NCBI GenBank assembly: GCA_045590915.1
Contig: JAZNRX010000227.1
Location: 1 to 53,219, forward strand
From: Acutalibacteraceae bacterium
Lineage (GTDB): Bacteria > Bacillota > Clostridia > Oscillospirales > Acutalibacteraceae
DNA: 53,219 nt
Direction: 5' to 3'
Made by a program: the position numbers and the translations under genes. This document shows positions 52,810-53,219 of this stretch, piece after piece (within the stretch, counting starts at the first letter, position 1; each line of letters begins with the position of its first letter). The notes beneath the pieces are model-generated. The model worked only from the letters and a program-made list of their open reading frames with translations, searched no databases and was not told the origin of the DNA.

Positions 52810-53018
52810 AATGATATTCATAGCTTCGCTATGAGTGAAATTCATTCCTACGGAATGAGTGAAATTCTTTGCAATACAAAGAATGATATATTTTCCTGAG
52901 GAAAATATGAAGGAAGGCGTAAACGCCTTGTTCCGCTCCGCTCTAAAACACTCGTACCTTCGTTACATTGCTGAAATTTGATTGCATTTGTGTAGACCTG
53001 TCTCCGAATTCCGAATTC
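52810..53018 (+). repeat. Composite intergenic repeat, copy F (five exactly 24-nt-phased word-plus-hairpin units, then a heptad block), forward orientation
   Basis: Units start at 52810, 52834, 52858, 52882 and 52906. The words are AATGATATT, AGTGAAATT, AGTGAAATT, AATGATATA and TATGAAGG. Hairpins lie at 52819-52833, 52843-52857, 52867-52881, 52891-52905 and 52914-52929. The heptad block is TCTCCGAATTCCGAATTC (53001-53018). Confidence 0.8.
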
Positions 53019-53028
53019 AACAATGCCT

Positions 53029-53219
53029 CTACATTTCAAGTATCTTCCCTATAGATCCGTTGTCGTTTATTATTTCGGAGAAAAATTCATGTGCCCATAC
53101 ATTATGCCTTATTCCCTGCTTTTTGTCAAAGGCAAAATATATTCTGCCGTTCACTGCAAGCTTGACGGCAACGAAGAAGGATGTGAAGAAGTCCTTTTTC
53201 ATTGTAAATGGAATCTCGA
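53029..53219 (-). CDS. 3' end of an unidentified gene. The frame is open to the right window edge; an internal ATG at 53202 has no SD.
   Basis: ...EIPFTMKKDFFTSFFVAVKLAVNGRIYFAFDKKQGIRHNVWAHEFFSEIINDNGSIGKILEM, then stop. Not in the ORF track. Confidence 0.3.
   Translation of the reverse strand, partial: EIPFTMKKDFFTSFFVAVKLAVNGRIYFAFDKKQGIRHNVWAHEFFSEIINDNGSIGKILEM

Noticed and set aside
52810-52929. The regular 24-nt periodic array (and arrays at 9788-9943 and 28547-28690) considered as a possible CRISPR array
   Set aside because: The conserved unit is only 7-9 nt, and the variable units are themselves short perfect palindromes of 13-16 nt. The period is 20-24 nt rather than about 60-70 nt. 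No cas genes or leader are present. It is reported as a different repeat class instead.
1-53219. Search for classical defence or mobile systems (cas, restriction-modification, toxin-antitoxin, abortive infection, retron/DGR reverse transcriptase, integrase, transposase, phage structural genes)
   Set aside because: I could assign none of the ORF products to these classes by motif inspection. The XRE-HTH protein is fused to a membrane domain and has no toxin-like partner.

Overview
This is about 53 kb of a Firmicutes (Clostridia) chromosome. Three proteins carry dockerin-type repeats, which suggests a Ruminococcaceae/Oscillospiraceae-like organism; that is inference only. Genes are tightly packed and mostly housekeeping or cell-envelope functions. 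They include thrS behind a T-box leader, tRNA-Arg(CCG), a seven-gene V-type ATPase operon (E-DUF2764-A-B-D-I-K), a GH2/HAD/Gfo sugar operon, nadA-nadB-nadC, and a Na/Pi cotransporter. There are also two LytTR regulators (one with a histidine kinase), an ECF sigma/anti-sigma pair with an MBOAT/DHHW acylation pair, ccdA/tlpA, and several secreted lipoproteins and dockerin proteins. I found no integrase, transposase, cas gene, restriction-modification system or other recognisable defence or phage gene, so I cannot name a classical novel system built from proteins. The signal the gene track does not explain is non-coding: a composite intergenic repeat family with at least eight copies. One module is an array of short perfect hairpins whose stems differ from unit to unit, separated by a conserved 7-9 nt word (GTGAAAT / GTGATAT / ATGAAGT); one copy is phased at exactly 24 nt. 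The other module is a block of tandem heptads (TCCGAAT)n ending in TCTCCGA. Inverted heptad blocks form a 139-bp MITE-like insert inside the nad operon. They also bracket a 509-bp cassette carrying a four-helix-bundle (23S-rRNA-IVS/Avd-family) gene. Another copy lies inside the thrS leader. Secondary leads are a promoter/terminator-framed 35-codon peptide gene upstream of a LytTR regulator that lacks its phospho-acceptor Asp, an in-frame TGA in the signal peptide of a 661-aa secreted protein, and an MFS transporter fused to a roughly 300-aa coiled coil. All calls come from reading the sequence by eye; no searches were run.
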